DNA of 64,000 nucleotides from Paragordius varius (Eukaryota > Animalia > Nematomorpha). Of this stretch, positions 12,777 to 25,570 are shown piece after piece; within the stretch, counting starts at the first letter, position 1, and the number at the start of each line of letters is the position of its first letter. The position numbers and the translations under genes were made by a program. The stretch lies in NCBI GenBank assembly GCA_964247055.1, contig OZ176056.1:2108001-2172000 (forward strand), in the 5' to 3' direction. Below the pieces are notes generated by a model. It ran no database searches, was not told the DNA's origin, and saw nothing but the letters and a program-made list of their open reading frames with translations.

Positions 12777-15258
12777 CTTACCAATTAAAAATTTCTACAT
12801 TTAAATAATCTAAAAAATATTACTTATTGCAAATTCAGTAACTGACACGTTGGGTATTTTAGTGAGATTCTGCAAAAGCAAAAATTTGAATTAGACAATT
12901 AATTATTGCCTAATAAAAATAATTATGCTAACAAAAAAGGGATTATATTTAATTATAACTTGAATATTTTCTGAAATTTCTAATAATAAATATATAAAAT
13001 ATAAATTAAAATATCGATTAAACCAGCATTGTATTTGTAATCGAAACCGCGGTAATAAACATTTTAAAAATTCTCATTTTCCTTTTTAAAAATCTCTCAT
13101 AATGTATGATTTAGGATCATACGATGTCCGGTTATACATTCTTTCCATAAAAATGTATTTATAATTAAATATGGAATCAAGATTTGCCAATGACTTCAAA
13201 AACCAGCTGTTTCAAAGACAATAAAACTAAAACCGAAATGGTATTTAAACCATAAAAGTTTTATTTAAAAAATTATGTGGATCAAAACAAAAAATTGTTT
13301 ATTAGGAACCAATTTTAAAAAATAATTCTAGTATCAACCATTGCAATGCTTATTTAGATATTTTTTCGACAAAAGCATATATGTATACTTTGTTCAATGT
13401 CCGTTCTGGATTGATTAGTATTAGGTGAATAATTGTCATCCTTGATCTCAATAACTAATTTACAATAAAATGTTAACTATATGCAAAAAATATCAATTGA
13501 CTTTTACTAACTTATTTTTTTCATAAAAAAATTTTGTTTATATTAGTTAAATATGGTTGGTGTAGTGTATATCCTTACCGAATACAATTTGTTTACGATA
13601 TGCTATATAATTTTATAAAAAAATTTATTAAAATATAGCACATATTAATATATAAAACCGGTCGATTGGCTTTGTAATACAATTATTTGCAAACTTTTAT
13701 CAATATTTTTAAAAAATATACCATTAGCTCCTCAAATTTATTCTTAAACACTTTTCACCCTCAAGTATTTTAAAATAATTCTAAAAAATTATGTTTTGAA
13801 TATTTTAAAATACATAAATTTATGTATAATAAAATTTTTAAAATTATAATACTATAGAAATGCCATGGTATTGAAAAATATGCAAATTATTAAAAAGCTA
13901 AAATTTGTCAAGATGAAGAGGTGTGTTATAATATAAACTAAACTTAACATATCACAATCAATATTGCTAATAAATAAAACAATAATATTGTTAAAATTTT
14001 TTTGCATTTAATATACAGTAAATTATTATTCATTAAAAAAACGTTTATTTTACATATTTTAAGCAAATATAGTTAAATATATATTTTTTCACTAAAAACC
14101 ACATTATAAGTTAATCAATAAGGATTAAAGCTACGCATTATTAAATTATTCCATTGAAGTTTTAAACCGACTTTAAAAATGCTATTATACGAATGCATAA
14201 TGTCATGTCATAATGTTGATAATGGCGAATTATATAATGATTGATTTAACATAATCGATTTAGTTATATTTTATTAGTATTACAATAAATCAAATTTATA
14301 TATTGTTGGTATTTTATAGAAACTCAAAATTTAGAAACTGCTTAGCTCAAGTATAAAAAGGTTATTGGACGGATATGAAGTAGAGACATATTATTATTGT
14401 TAAAGGTAACTAATAAGTGAATGTCTGTTTTTATATCTATTTAGTAACATTGACGAATCCTTATTCAATCTAATCAGAAGACCATATCACTCGAAATATA
14501 AGTTTTACAGTGAATATCTAAAGAATCTGAAAATTATTTTTAAAATTAAAAATTGACATAATTTGCCATTTAAAGCAGTCAAAAAGTTTTCCTAAAACCA
14601 CAAATTGGCGCAAATTACCTGTCGTTTGAGTTAGTAGAATACATGCATTAAAATTATAAATTAATGTTCGCATAATGGCATTCATCATCGGAATATTAAA
14701 TAAAATACTTTTTAAAAAAATATTTGGATATTCACGTTGAAAAAACATTTTATAAGGTCAGATACATAGTACAAGGTACGCTCCAACTACAATGTAATGC
14801 ATAAACAAGTTAACAAACATTCTTACTTAAAAGTTATAACAGCCTAAGCAAATTAAAGTTAATTTGCGTTTAAAATTTTAAAATATTTTGCAATAATACT
14901 TTGTGAACAATTTTAATTATTAAGGGATTTGTAAATCCGTCCTAAAACAAGTATTTACGCAACAATATAAGTTTTTTAAGTAAATAAATTTATAATTTTA
15001 AGCAAAAAATATCCTTTTTCACATTGTTTCAGGTTAAGTTAAATACATAAATATATATTCCAATATTTTAATTTTAAATGTTACGATTAGACCATTTATT
15101 ATTTAAGTTTCGCTAATTATGGAATTTAAATGCAAAAAGGATGGATCAATGATAACTGATTCATTCAAATTGAAGGCAGTCAGTCAGCTCAAAAATATCG
15201 TCAAATATTTTTATAGAGTTAAAACGCAAGACCATTACAGCCACCATATAATTAATTA

Positions 15259-15465
15259 CAGTCATGTATCCTTTATTTTATCAAAAATTTATTTTTTTTC
15301 GTTAAATGGGTATAAATATTTGGTAAAGAATGGAAAAAACAAGAGCTCTATGGTATTAACCATATCATATTAAAGGTATAAAGAACTAATATAGGGCTCT
15401 TGTTTTTTCCATTCTTTACCAAATATATATGCCCATTTAGCGAAAAAAATTTTTTTGATAAAATA
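15259..15465. mobile_element. MITE family 2 copy, specific to copy A
   Basis: ta-cagtcatgtatcctttattttatc... followed by its inverted arm; absent at about 47650 in copy B. Confidence 0.75.
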
Positions 15466-16947
15466 TTTTGGAATTCAAATCATATATTTAAAATTGTTCG
15501 CATTAGTTAATAAAATTAAAAATTTTAAGAAATTGCCGGAACCAGTTAACCAATAAAACACATTCTATGTGAGAAATTTTTAAACCTTAAAAATACAATA
15601 AGATTTGGTCGTCGCATGATATCAATTTAAAAACCAAAAGCAGATCCAGTATTCATCACATTACTATTGAAAAGCTGGACATACATAACGAATTAAATAA
15701 ATCCTATAAAAAATTTTCCAAACAAATATGTCAGACAAAATACCCAATTCTCAACTATTTTAAACAAAATTAATTCTGAAATGCCTCTAATTGGCAATAC
15801 ACCAAAAACTCTCCTATGTCGGCCAAATTATAGGATAAAAAAACTTTTTTAAATAATAATTCAATGATAAACTTTCTTATCACATCGGAATTTGAATTAA
15901 ACGTTTGTTTGCTTCCAAATTGTTTTGTAAAAATATATATGCAACTTAAACTTAAACAAACTATTTTTTAATCGAAATTCTAGGATGATATGTTAAGCAT
16001 TATTAATAATATAAAAAAGTCTTTTTATAAATTTTCAAAGCGTATATTTAAACTGCGTTCGTCATGTATGTTTGAAAATGGCATGCAATACGGCTTCAAC
16101 AAAATACTTGCCAAAATTTTAGGTTTAAAACATTTTTCTAAAAATAAATTTTTATTAATGTCGCGCGATCTGGGCATTTTGCGTTATTTTAGGGGAACCA
16201 TTCATTTTAGGATTCTTCCGTGGTTCACAATCTAATGGTAAGACCCAAAACAAAAGCAACATATAATTTTTAACATTTTTTATCACAATATATAATTGGG
16301 TATTTTTTTATACCACCCCCGATTTGTGAACATTTAAATTTATTAATATTTAAGAACTTCTAAAACTAGATAATTCCTACATAAACCAATAAGTATATAA
16401 TATGATCGTGGATAAATCGATATTACTTTGCAACACAAAACGGTGATTCTATATAATATGGTAATCTTTTATAAAGCCTTTATGTTTTTAGTTTTTAAGT
16501 TTTATCTCTATTGTATAATTTTTAAGAATTTTTAAATAAATCCTGCCAATAACTTTTAATTTGGTTAAAAAATTGAAGGTAGTATACGAAATCGCTGTCT
16601 GCCCTAATTAATTTATATCAAGATATCTAAACTATAATAAATAAAATAACCACACAATATTTGAATATTATATACGATTAAAATTATTTATTTTTTATTT
16701 TGTAAGGTGTTATGACCCCATATTTGGGGTTATATATGTATTATTTAATTAAAACATTAATAAATATTGGATATCAAAATAAATGTAATGGCTGAAAGTC
16801 TTTTGTAGTTTGTTTCGAGAGTTGGAGAATAAGATATGTGACAAATATAAGATTGAGAAAGGCAAATTGAAATCGTATGAAAAATGTGGTAATGCTATTA
16901 AGATGTTTTTGATGTATCGATAAAAAACCTTCTGGCCTAGTCTTTTA

Positions 16948-19900
16948 TATCCATTCATCACCGAAGCCCCAATTCAGTAACAAGATAGATAGTGTTTTAG
17001 TTGTTAACGAGTTGAGAATTGATTGAAAACAGATTTTGCCGGACGGTTTATTGTAAAGACTTGGCTAACTTGAGTTTACTGTAAAGAACTAAACAGATTA
17101 AAGTATTATTGTGTACATCCACTCATCACCGAAGCCCCAATTCAGTAACAAGATAGACGGTGTTTTGGTTGTTAACGAGTTGAGAATTGATTGAAAACAG
17201 ATTTTGCCGGACGGTTTATTGTAAAGACTTGGCTAACTTGAGTTTACTGTAAAGGACTAAACAGATTAAGTTATTTTGTGCTTCCACTCATCACCGAACC
17301 CCGCAATCTAGTAACAAGATAAGTTGTTAACGAGTTGAGAATTGATTGAAAACAGATTTTGCCGGACGGTTTATTGTAAAGACTTGGCTAACTTGAGTTT
17401 ACTGTAAAGGACTAAACAGATTAAAGTATTATTGTGTACATCCACTCATCACCGAAGCCCCAATTCAGTAACAAGATAGACGGTGTTTTGGTTGTTAACG
17501 AGTTGAAAATTGATTGAAAACAGATTTTGCCGGACGGTTTATTGTAAAGACTTGGCTAACTTGAGTTTACTGTAAAGGACTAAACAGATTAAAGTATTAT
17601 TGTGTACATCCACTCATCACCGAAGCCCCAATTCAGTAACAAGATAGACGGTGTTTTGGTTGTTAACGAGTTGAGAATTGATTGAAAACAGATTTTGCCG
17701 GACGGTTTATTGTAAAGACTTGGCTAACTTGAGTTTACTGTAAAGGACTAAACAGATTAAAGTATTATTGTGTACATCCACTCATCACTGAAGCCCCAAT
17801 TCAGTAACAAGATAGACGGTTTTTTGGTTGTTAACGAGTTGAGAATTGATTGAAAACAGATTTTGCCGGACGGTTTATTGTAAAGACTTGGCTAACTTGA
17901 GTTTACTGTAAAGGACTAAACAGATTAAAGTATTATTGTGTACATCCACTCATCACCGAAGCCTCAATTCAGTAACAAGATAGACGGTGTTTTGGTTGTT
18001 AACGAGTTGAGAATTGATTGAAAACAGATTTTGCCGGACGGTTTATTGTAAAGACTTGGCTAACTTGAGTTTACTGTAAAGGACTAAACAGATTAAAGTA
18101 TTATTGTGTACATCCACTCATCACCGAAGCCCCAATTCAGTAACAAGATAGACGGTGTTTTGGTTGTTAACGAGTTGAGAATTGTTTGAAAACAGATTTT
18201 GCCGGACGGTTTATTGTAAAGACTTGGCTAACTTGAATTTACTGTTAAGGACTAAACAGATTAAAGTATTATTGTGTACATCCACTCATCACCGAAGCCC
18301 CAATTCAGTAACAAGATAGACGGTGTTTTGGTTGTTAACGAGTTGAGAATTGATTGAAAACAGATTTTGCCGGACGGTTTATTGTGGGCTAACTTGAGTT
18401 TACTGTAAAGAACTAAACAGATTAAAGTATTATTGTGTACATCCACTCATCACCGAAGCCCCGATTCAGTAACAAGATAGACGGTGTTTTGGTTGTGAAC
18501 GAGTTGAGAATTGATTGAAAACAGATTTTGCCGGACGGTTTATTGTAAAGACTTGGCTAACTTGAGTTTACTGTAAAGAACTAAACAGATTAAAGTATTA
18601 TTGTGTACATCCACTCATCACCGAAGCCCCAATTCAGTAACAAGATAGACGGTGTTTTGGTTGTGAACGAGTTGAGAATTGATTGAAAACAGATTTTGCC
18701 GGACGGTTTATTGTAAGATTTGGCTAACTTCATTTTACTGTAAAGGACTAAATAGATTAGTTATTTTTGCATCCACTCATCACCGAAGCCCCAATTCAGT
18801 AACAAGATAGATGGTGTTTTGGTTGTTAACGAGTTGAGAATTGATTGAACACAGATTTTGCCGGACGGTTTATTGTAAAGACTTGGCTAACTTGAGTTTA
18901 CTGTAAAGGACTAAACAGATTAAAATATTATTGTGTACATCCACTCATCACCGAAGCCCCAATTCAGCAACAAGAGAGATGGTGTTTTAGTTGTTAACGA
19001 GTTGAGAATTGATTGAAAACAGATTTTGCCGGACGGTTTATTGTAAGACTTGGCTAACTTGGGTTTACTGTAAAGGACTAAACAGATTAACGTATTAATG
19101 TGTACATCCACTCATCACCGAAGCCCCAATTCGTGTTTTGGTTGTTAACGAGTTGAGAATTGATTGAAAAGAGATTTTGCCGTACGGTTTATTGTAAGAC
19201 TTGGCTAACTTGAGTTTACTGTAAAGGACTAAATAGAGTAGTTATTTTTGCATCCACTCATCACCGAAGCCCCAATTCAGTAACAAGAGATGGAGTTTTA
19301 GTTGTTAACGTGTTGAGAATTGATTGAAAACAGATTTTGACGGACGGTTTATTGTAAGAATTAGCTAACTTGAGTTTACCGTAAAGAACTAAACAGATTA
19401 AAGTATTATTGTGTACATCCACTCATCACCGAAGCCCCAATTCAGTAACAAGATAGATGGTGTTTTAGTTGTTAACGAGTTGAGAATTGATTGAAAATAG
19501 ATTTTGCCGGACGGTTTTTTGTAAGACTTGGCTAACTTGGGTTTACTGTAAAGGATTAAACAGATTAGTTATTTTTGCATCCACTCATCACCGAAGCCCC
19601 AATTCAGTAACAAGATAGACGGAGTTTTAGTTGTTAACGTGTTGAGAATTGATTGAAAACAGATTTTGACGGATGGTTTATTGTAAGATTTGGCTAACTT
19701 AATTTTACTGTAAAGGACTAAATAGATTAGTTATTTTTGCATCCACTCATCACCGAAGCCCCAATTCAGTAACAAGATAGATGGTGTTTTTGTTAACGAG
19801 TTGAGAATTGATTGAAAACAGATTTCGCCGGACAGTTTATTGTAAGAATTAGCTAACTTGAGTTTACCGTAAAGAACTAAACAGATTAAAGTATTATTGT

Positions 19901-22895
19901 GTACATCCACTCATCACCGAAGCCCCAATTCAGTAACAAGATAGATGGTGTTTTAGTTGTTAACGAGTTGAGAATTGATTGAAAATAGATTTTGCCGGAC
20001 GGTTTTTTGTAAGACTTGGCTAACTTGGGTTTACTGTAAAGGATTAAACAGATTAGTTATTTTTGCATCCACTCATCACCGAAGCCCCAATTCAGTAACA
20101 AGATAGATGGAGTTTTAATTGTTAACGTGTTGAGAATTGATTGAAAACAGATTTTGACGGACGGTTTATTGTAAGACTTGGCTTGAGTTTACTGTAAAGG
20201 ACTAAACAGATTAAAGTATTATTGTGTACATCCACTCATCACCGAAGCCCCAATTCAGTAACAAGATAGATGGTGTTTTAGTTGTTAACGAGTTGAGAAT
20301 TGATTGAAAATAGATTTTGCCGGACGGTTTTTTGTAAGACTTGGCTAACTTGGGTTTACTGTAAAGGATTAAACAGATTAGTTATTTTTGCATCCACTCA
20401 TCACCGAAGCCCCAATTCAGTAACAAGATAGACGGAGTTTTAGTTGTTAACGTGTTGAGAATTGATTGAAAACAGATTTTGACGGATGGTTTATTGTAAG
20501 ATTTGGCTAACTTAATTTTACTGTAAAGGACTAAATAGATTAGTTATTTTTGCATCCACTCATCACCGAAGCCCCAATTCAGTAACAAGATAGATGGTGT
20601 TTTTGTTAACGAGTTGAGAATTGATTGAAAACAGATTTCGCCGGACAGTTTATTGTAAGAATTAGCTAACTTGAGTTTACCGTAAAGAACTAAACAGATT
20701 AAAGTATTATTGTGTACATCCACTCATCACCGAAGCCCCAATTCAGTAACAAGATAGATGGTGTTTTAGTTGTTAACGAGTTGAGAATTGATTGAAAATA
20801 GATTTTGCCGGACGGTTTTTTGTAAGACTTGGCTAACTTGGGTTTACTGTAAAGGATTAAACAGATTAGTTATTTTTGCATCCACTCATCACCAAAGCCC
20901 CAATTCAGTAACAAGATAGATGGAGTTTTAGTTGTTAACGTGTTGAGAATTGATTGAAAACAGATTTTGACGGACGGTTTATTGTAAGACTTGGCTTGAG
21001 TTTACTGTAAAGGACTAAACAGATTAAAGTATTATTGTGTACATCCACTCATCACCGAAGCCGCCATTCAGTAACAAGATAGATGATGTTTTGGTTGTTA
21101 ACGAGTTGAGAATTGATTAAAAACAGATTTTGCCGGAGGGTTTATTGTATGACTTGGCTAACTTGAGTTTACTGTAAAGGACTAAACAGATTAAAGTATT
21201 ATTGTGTACATCCACTCATCACCGAAGCCCCAATTCAGTAACAAGATAGATGGTGTTTTTGTTAACGAGTTGAGAATTGATTGAAAACAGATTTCGCCTT
21301 ACAGTTTATTGTAAGAATTAGCTAACTTGAGTTTACCGTAAAGAACTAAACAGATTAAAGTATTATTGTGTACATCCACTCATCACCGAAGCCCCAATTC
21401 AGTAACAAGATAGATGGTGTTTTAGTTGTTAACGAGTTGAGAATTGATTGAAAATAGATTTTGCCGGACGGTTTATTGTAAGACTTGGCTAACTTGGGTT
21501 TACTGTAAAGGATTAAACAGATTAAGTTATTTTGTGCATCCACTCATCACCGCCCCAATTCAGTAACAAGATAGATGGTGTTTTGGTTGTTAACGAGTTG
21601 AGAATTGATTAAACACAGATTTTGCCGGACGGTTTATTGTAAAGATTTGGCTAACTTGAGCTTACTGTAAAGGACTAAACAGATTAAAGTATTATTGTGT
21701 ACATCCACTCATCACCGAAGCCCCAATTCAGTAACAAGATAGACGGTGTTTTGGTTGTTAACGATTTGAGAATTGATTGAAAACAGATTTTGCCGGACGG
21801 TTTATAGACTTGGCTAACTTGAGTTTATTGTAAAGGCCTAAACAGATTAAAGTATTATTGTGTACATCCACTCATCACCGAATCCGCCATTCATTAACAA
21901 GATAGATGGTGTTTTGGTTGTTAACGAATTGAGAATTGATTGAAAACAGATTTTGCCGGACGGTTTATTGTAAGATTTGTATAATTTGAGTTTACTGAAA
22001 GGACTAAACAGATTAACTTTTATTTCTACATTCACTCATCACCGAAGCCCCAATTCAGTGACAAGATAGACGGTGTTTTAGTTATTAACGTGTTGAGAAT
22101 TGATTGAAAACACATTTTGCCGGACGGTTTATTGTAAGATTTGGCTAACTTGAGTTTACTGTAAAAGACTAAACAGATTAAAGTATTATTGTGTACATCC
22201 ACTCATCACCGACGCCCCAATTCAGTAACAAGATAGACGGTGTTTTGGTTGTTAACGAGTTGAGAATTGATTGAAAACACATTTTGCCGGACGGTTTATT
22301 GTAAGACTTGGCTAACTTGAGTTTACTGTGAAGGACTAAACAGATTAAAGTATTAATGTGTACATCCACTCATCACCGAAGCCCCAATTCAGTAACAAGA
22401 TAGACGGTGTTTTGGTTGTTAATGAGTTGAGAATTGATTGAAAACAGATTTTGCCGGACGGTTTATTGTAAGATTTGGCTAACTTGAGTTTACTGTAAAG
22501 GACTAAACAGATTAAAGTATTATTGTGTACATCCACTCATCACCGAAGCCCCAATTCAGTAACAAGATAGACGGTGTTTTGGTTGTTAACGAGTTGAGAA
22601 TTGATTGAAAACAGATTTTGCCGGACGGTTTATTGTAAAGACTTGGCTAACTTGAGTTTACTGTAAAGGACTAAACAGATTAAAGTATTATTGTGTACAT
22701 CCACTCATCACCGAAGCCGCCATTCAGTAACAAGATAGATGGTGTTTTGGTTGTTAACGAGTTCAGAATTGATTGAAAACAGATTTTTCCGGACGCTTTA
22801 TTGTAAGATTTGGCTAACTTGAGTTTACTGTAAAGGACTAAATAGGTTACCGTTTTATTGTTTTTTACCACCACTCATCACCGAACCCACCGATT
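16948..22895. repeat. Satellite array A, 162-168 bp monomers (about 36 copies)
   Basis: Tandem monomer ...catccactcatcaccgaagccccaattcagtaacaagatag...; 168-bp period at 17439-18279; 813-bp five-monomer higher-order repeat at 19416-21042. Confidence 0.98.
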
Positions 22896-23375
22896 TTCAA
22901 AACAAGAAAAGGTTGTAGGGTTTATGTATTCTATTTGTGTGTTATTATTTAAAAAACATTAACTTTAATAAAATGATTGTTGCTTAAATTATATATGCTC
23001 ATGTTTTAAGCATTTTGTACAATAACGAGAAAAGGCTATTTCACAAATATTAATATTACAAACACAACATGGAAAAATTGAAAAATATTTTTTTAAAAGA
23101 CTACTCTACTTATTCATAAATTATAATTCCCATGATTATAAAAATAAGATAATACCAATTTACATCGCTAATCCCCATTTCACAAACCAAAGAGTTTATT
23201 AAAATTTAAAAAAAACAAAAAAAGATATGGTTGTTTTTAATTTTTACATGTTGTCTCTGTAATTTGAAATACTGTAAGTTTCGTTTGAAATAATGCGAAA
23301 ATTGTAAAAATATTACAATTACAACATAAGTATATCGACTTTTTATAAAATAACCAGGTCTCATATTTTTACCAA

Positions 23376-23548
23376 CCAATTTAAGTTTTGATATAAACCG
23401 ACCTCCACAATCTGCTTGCAATTTACTCGTATAAGACAACCTTAAACATCAATCTTGTTACTGAAAAATGGCGACTTTGGTAATCAGTGGATGTGAAACA
23501 CAATAATACGATAATCTGTGTAGACCGTTACAGTAAAATCAAGTTAGA
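23376..23548 (-). repeat. Single inverted, diverged satellite monomer
   Basis: The reverse complement (aacttgattttactgtaacggtctacacagattatcgtattattgtgtttcacatccactgattaccaaagtcgccatttttcagtaacaagattga...) aligns to the satellite monomer. Confidence 0.85.
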
Positions 23549-23946
23549 TTCCTATCCGTAGGTTAGTGATAATAAATAAATTGATATTGATTAATGTGTT
23601 ACAACAAGTCATCTCCTAATATTTCTCAATCAAACTGGGGTCCATAAAATAAATCACGGGTAGATATTGAAACATCGGAGAGAGATCATTTATCAAAAAA
23701 GCGTAATGTAGAATATTAAGCAAATAAAACCCCAACAATTCAATTAGGTGTATATATTTATATCTGTTAGCCATAATAACTAAAATTTATTTGTACTTTC
23801 CAGGATATACTATAGATTAAAAAAGGTTAGGTTAATATCTGTAAATGTATTAATCAAACATATCACATCGTAGTTTAAACCACCGCCCGATAACCCCCCA
23901 TATTTATTTTAATTATGTAGTTTTTTTAAAAAATTCAGTTTCATCA

Positions 23947-25043
23947 TTAGCAGTGATTCGTTTGAACATAAACACGATGGGAACTTGCTTCTGTGGATAC
24001 GGCATCTTGATCTATAAAGACTGGTCTAACCACAATTTCGTATTCCGTATCGGGCAAAACATATGCGAAGCGATAATTATCAGAAACCGCCTAAAAAAAG
24101 AAATGCACACATTAGTTTTTATACAAATACATAAAATTTTTGGGTCGTACGAATATATATACAAAGAAATACAGTAAAATTAAATTTTATACAGACAGAA
24201 CATCTCTCAAAAAATTTTACAGTAAAAATTGAAATTATAGAGATAACAGTAAAAATATAAAGACATATACTTTTTCAAGATAATCATACTATAAACCACT
24301 TACAGAAATTATTTTATTACAATTGGAAAATAACATAATTAATATATCACTAAATTAGATTTTTATTTCTTACTTTGAAATTCCAAAACTATGAATAATA
24401 TTTAAAAATATGTTTAATAAATTACAGCATACTTTAAAAAAATATTGTCTTTATATTTTCACGTTCATCCGTATAATTTCATGATTTACTGTAAAAAAGG
24501 CAAATTTTATAATATAAATTTAGACAACTAGTTATAAAACGTACTCGTCTGCCTTTATATTATAATTCAAATATGACTCCTGTTAACCACACATACATTG
24601 TCATAAAGACTTATATTTCGTCGTTTAAAACCGAAGATATTTATAGTTTCAGATTTTGGGTAAAAAAGCTTGTCATAAATTTAAAATTATTAAAAATCTA
24701 TCAAAAATATACCGAAATAAATCCTCTTCTAGCAGGTAAATCTTTCCCCGGGCTACTCAAAAAAATGTCTAGGCCACGGATGTCTTTTGCTTTTTCAGGA
24801 TAATTAATTAAGGGGTTGGCAAGAAAAACTAATAAATCTAAAGAATTTGTATTTCCAGCGGTTGTGCCATTTATCAGGGATATGCCTTTTATTTTGACCA
24901 CCCATCTTGACAAATCTATATATAACGTTAAAAAGATGTTTTTAAAAAAATATGCGTAAATTACAAAATTTAATGTATATTACCTTCCTGATTAAGAACA
25001 TATTGTCCCACATTGTTAAGACTAACTACACCATATATCAAAG
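23947..25043 (-). CDS. Orphan spliced reading frame (exons 25043-24984, 24915-24713, 24668-24597, 24090-23947); last exon resembles the C-terminal half of a fibronectin type III domain; 5' end unresolved
   Basis: Four GT-AG-bounded segments join in phase without stops (introns of 68, 44 and 506 nt). The last exon reads AVSDNYRFAYVLPDTEYEIVVRPVFIDQDAVSTEASSHRVYVQTNHC*, resembling the FN3 L.P.T.Y.V.V pattern. Confidence 0.5.
24172..24491. mobile_element. MITE family 1 copy in the 506-nt intron of the orphan gene
   Basis: Forward arms at 24172 and 24220; inverted arm ending actg-ta at 24491. Confidence 0.65.
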
Positions 25044-25419
25044 CTTGTTTAAAATCAATCAAACATCAATCTAATTAAAACCGTTTATACAATAAAATCG
25101 ATGTAAAATTTTGTGAAAACCAAACGTTAACTTTTTAATATTATTATTGCTTTATTTAAAATTATATGACGCGTTCAATTGTTTTTAAAAGATCAGATAA
25201 CTGAGAAACTATTTATTCCAATTACAAATTGAAGTTTTCAGGAATCAGTAAAAGTAAGAAAATGTATAAAATTCCATTTTATATATACTTATAATAAATT
25301 TAATGGCCTTAAATACATAAATTTAAATATAATTAAGCAAATATTTAATACTTTAAATCTTTATTTAATAAAAAAATCCTAAAAATTGATCTTAGGTAAA
25401 ATAAATTAACATATAATAC

Positions 25420-25570
25420 TTGAAATTTTTCAGCAATAAGTTTATCCAACCATTCGGTATCAAAATTATTTTTTTGAAAACTTTCCGTTTCCAACAAAGT
25501 TATAAGGTATTCAACAGTAGTTCTAAAATCACCCTTAATCGATAACTCTTTAAGGCCAACAACCAAATTC
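25420..25570 (-). CDS. ACC: ACC exon 11 ([22 protein letters not shown]...IAEKFQ), last recognisable ACC exon
   Basis: Overlaps ORF 25345..25566; phase matches exon 10; donor gtatta at 25419. Read-through adds 24 aa and stops at 25345. Confidence 0.93.

Larger units (their letters stand above)
1..23300. repeat. Segmental duplication, copy A (ACC upstream region plus satellite array plus about 400 bp flank)
   Basis: Collinear with 33129-62870 along its length, including both satellite flanks; the copies differ by MITE insertions and indels. Confidence 0.95.

Noticed and set aside
2609-16961. Short ORFs in the upstream region (e.g. 2609, 5747, 7458, 8990, 11351, 14518, 15119, 15990, 16749) and their copy B counterparts
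   Set aside because: They are F/I/K/N/Y-rich translations of AT-rich DNA, several overlap MITEs, and they are not kept as ORFs between the two copies.
17400-18300. Cadherin-like or TAA=Gln reading of the plus strand of the 168-bp monomers
   Set aside because: There are four or more mixed TAA/TGA stops per unit, and the ACC exons show no in-frame TAA or TGA, consistent with the standard code.
16948-22895. CRISPR-like array
   Set aside because: There are no unique spacers, whole monomers are repeated, the context is an intron-containing eukaryote, and no cas genes are present.
23520-23760. Minus-strand frame reading EILGDDLL with TGA as Trp, like a mitovirus RdRp motif C or a mitochondrial insert
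   Set aside because: Several TAA stops remain, motifs A and B are not recognisable, and the frame runs into the inverted satellite monomer; probably chance.
24580-24596. 17-nt GT-AG segments as ultra-small introns (also at about 4944-4960)
   Set aside because: They are not needed for any continuous frame and such strings are expected by chance in AT-rich DNA.
24573-24803. Plus-strand 76-aa ORF
   Set aside because: It is antisense to the better-supported spliced minus-strand frame and has no recognisable motif.
23947-25570. In-frame ACC(BC)-FN3 fusion gene
   Set aside because: The ACC exon 11 donor is phase 0. The available acceptors give IDV* (25070) or need phase 1 (25043), and no bridging exon was found.
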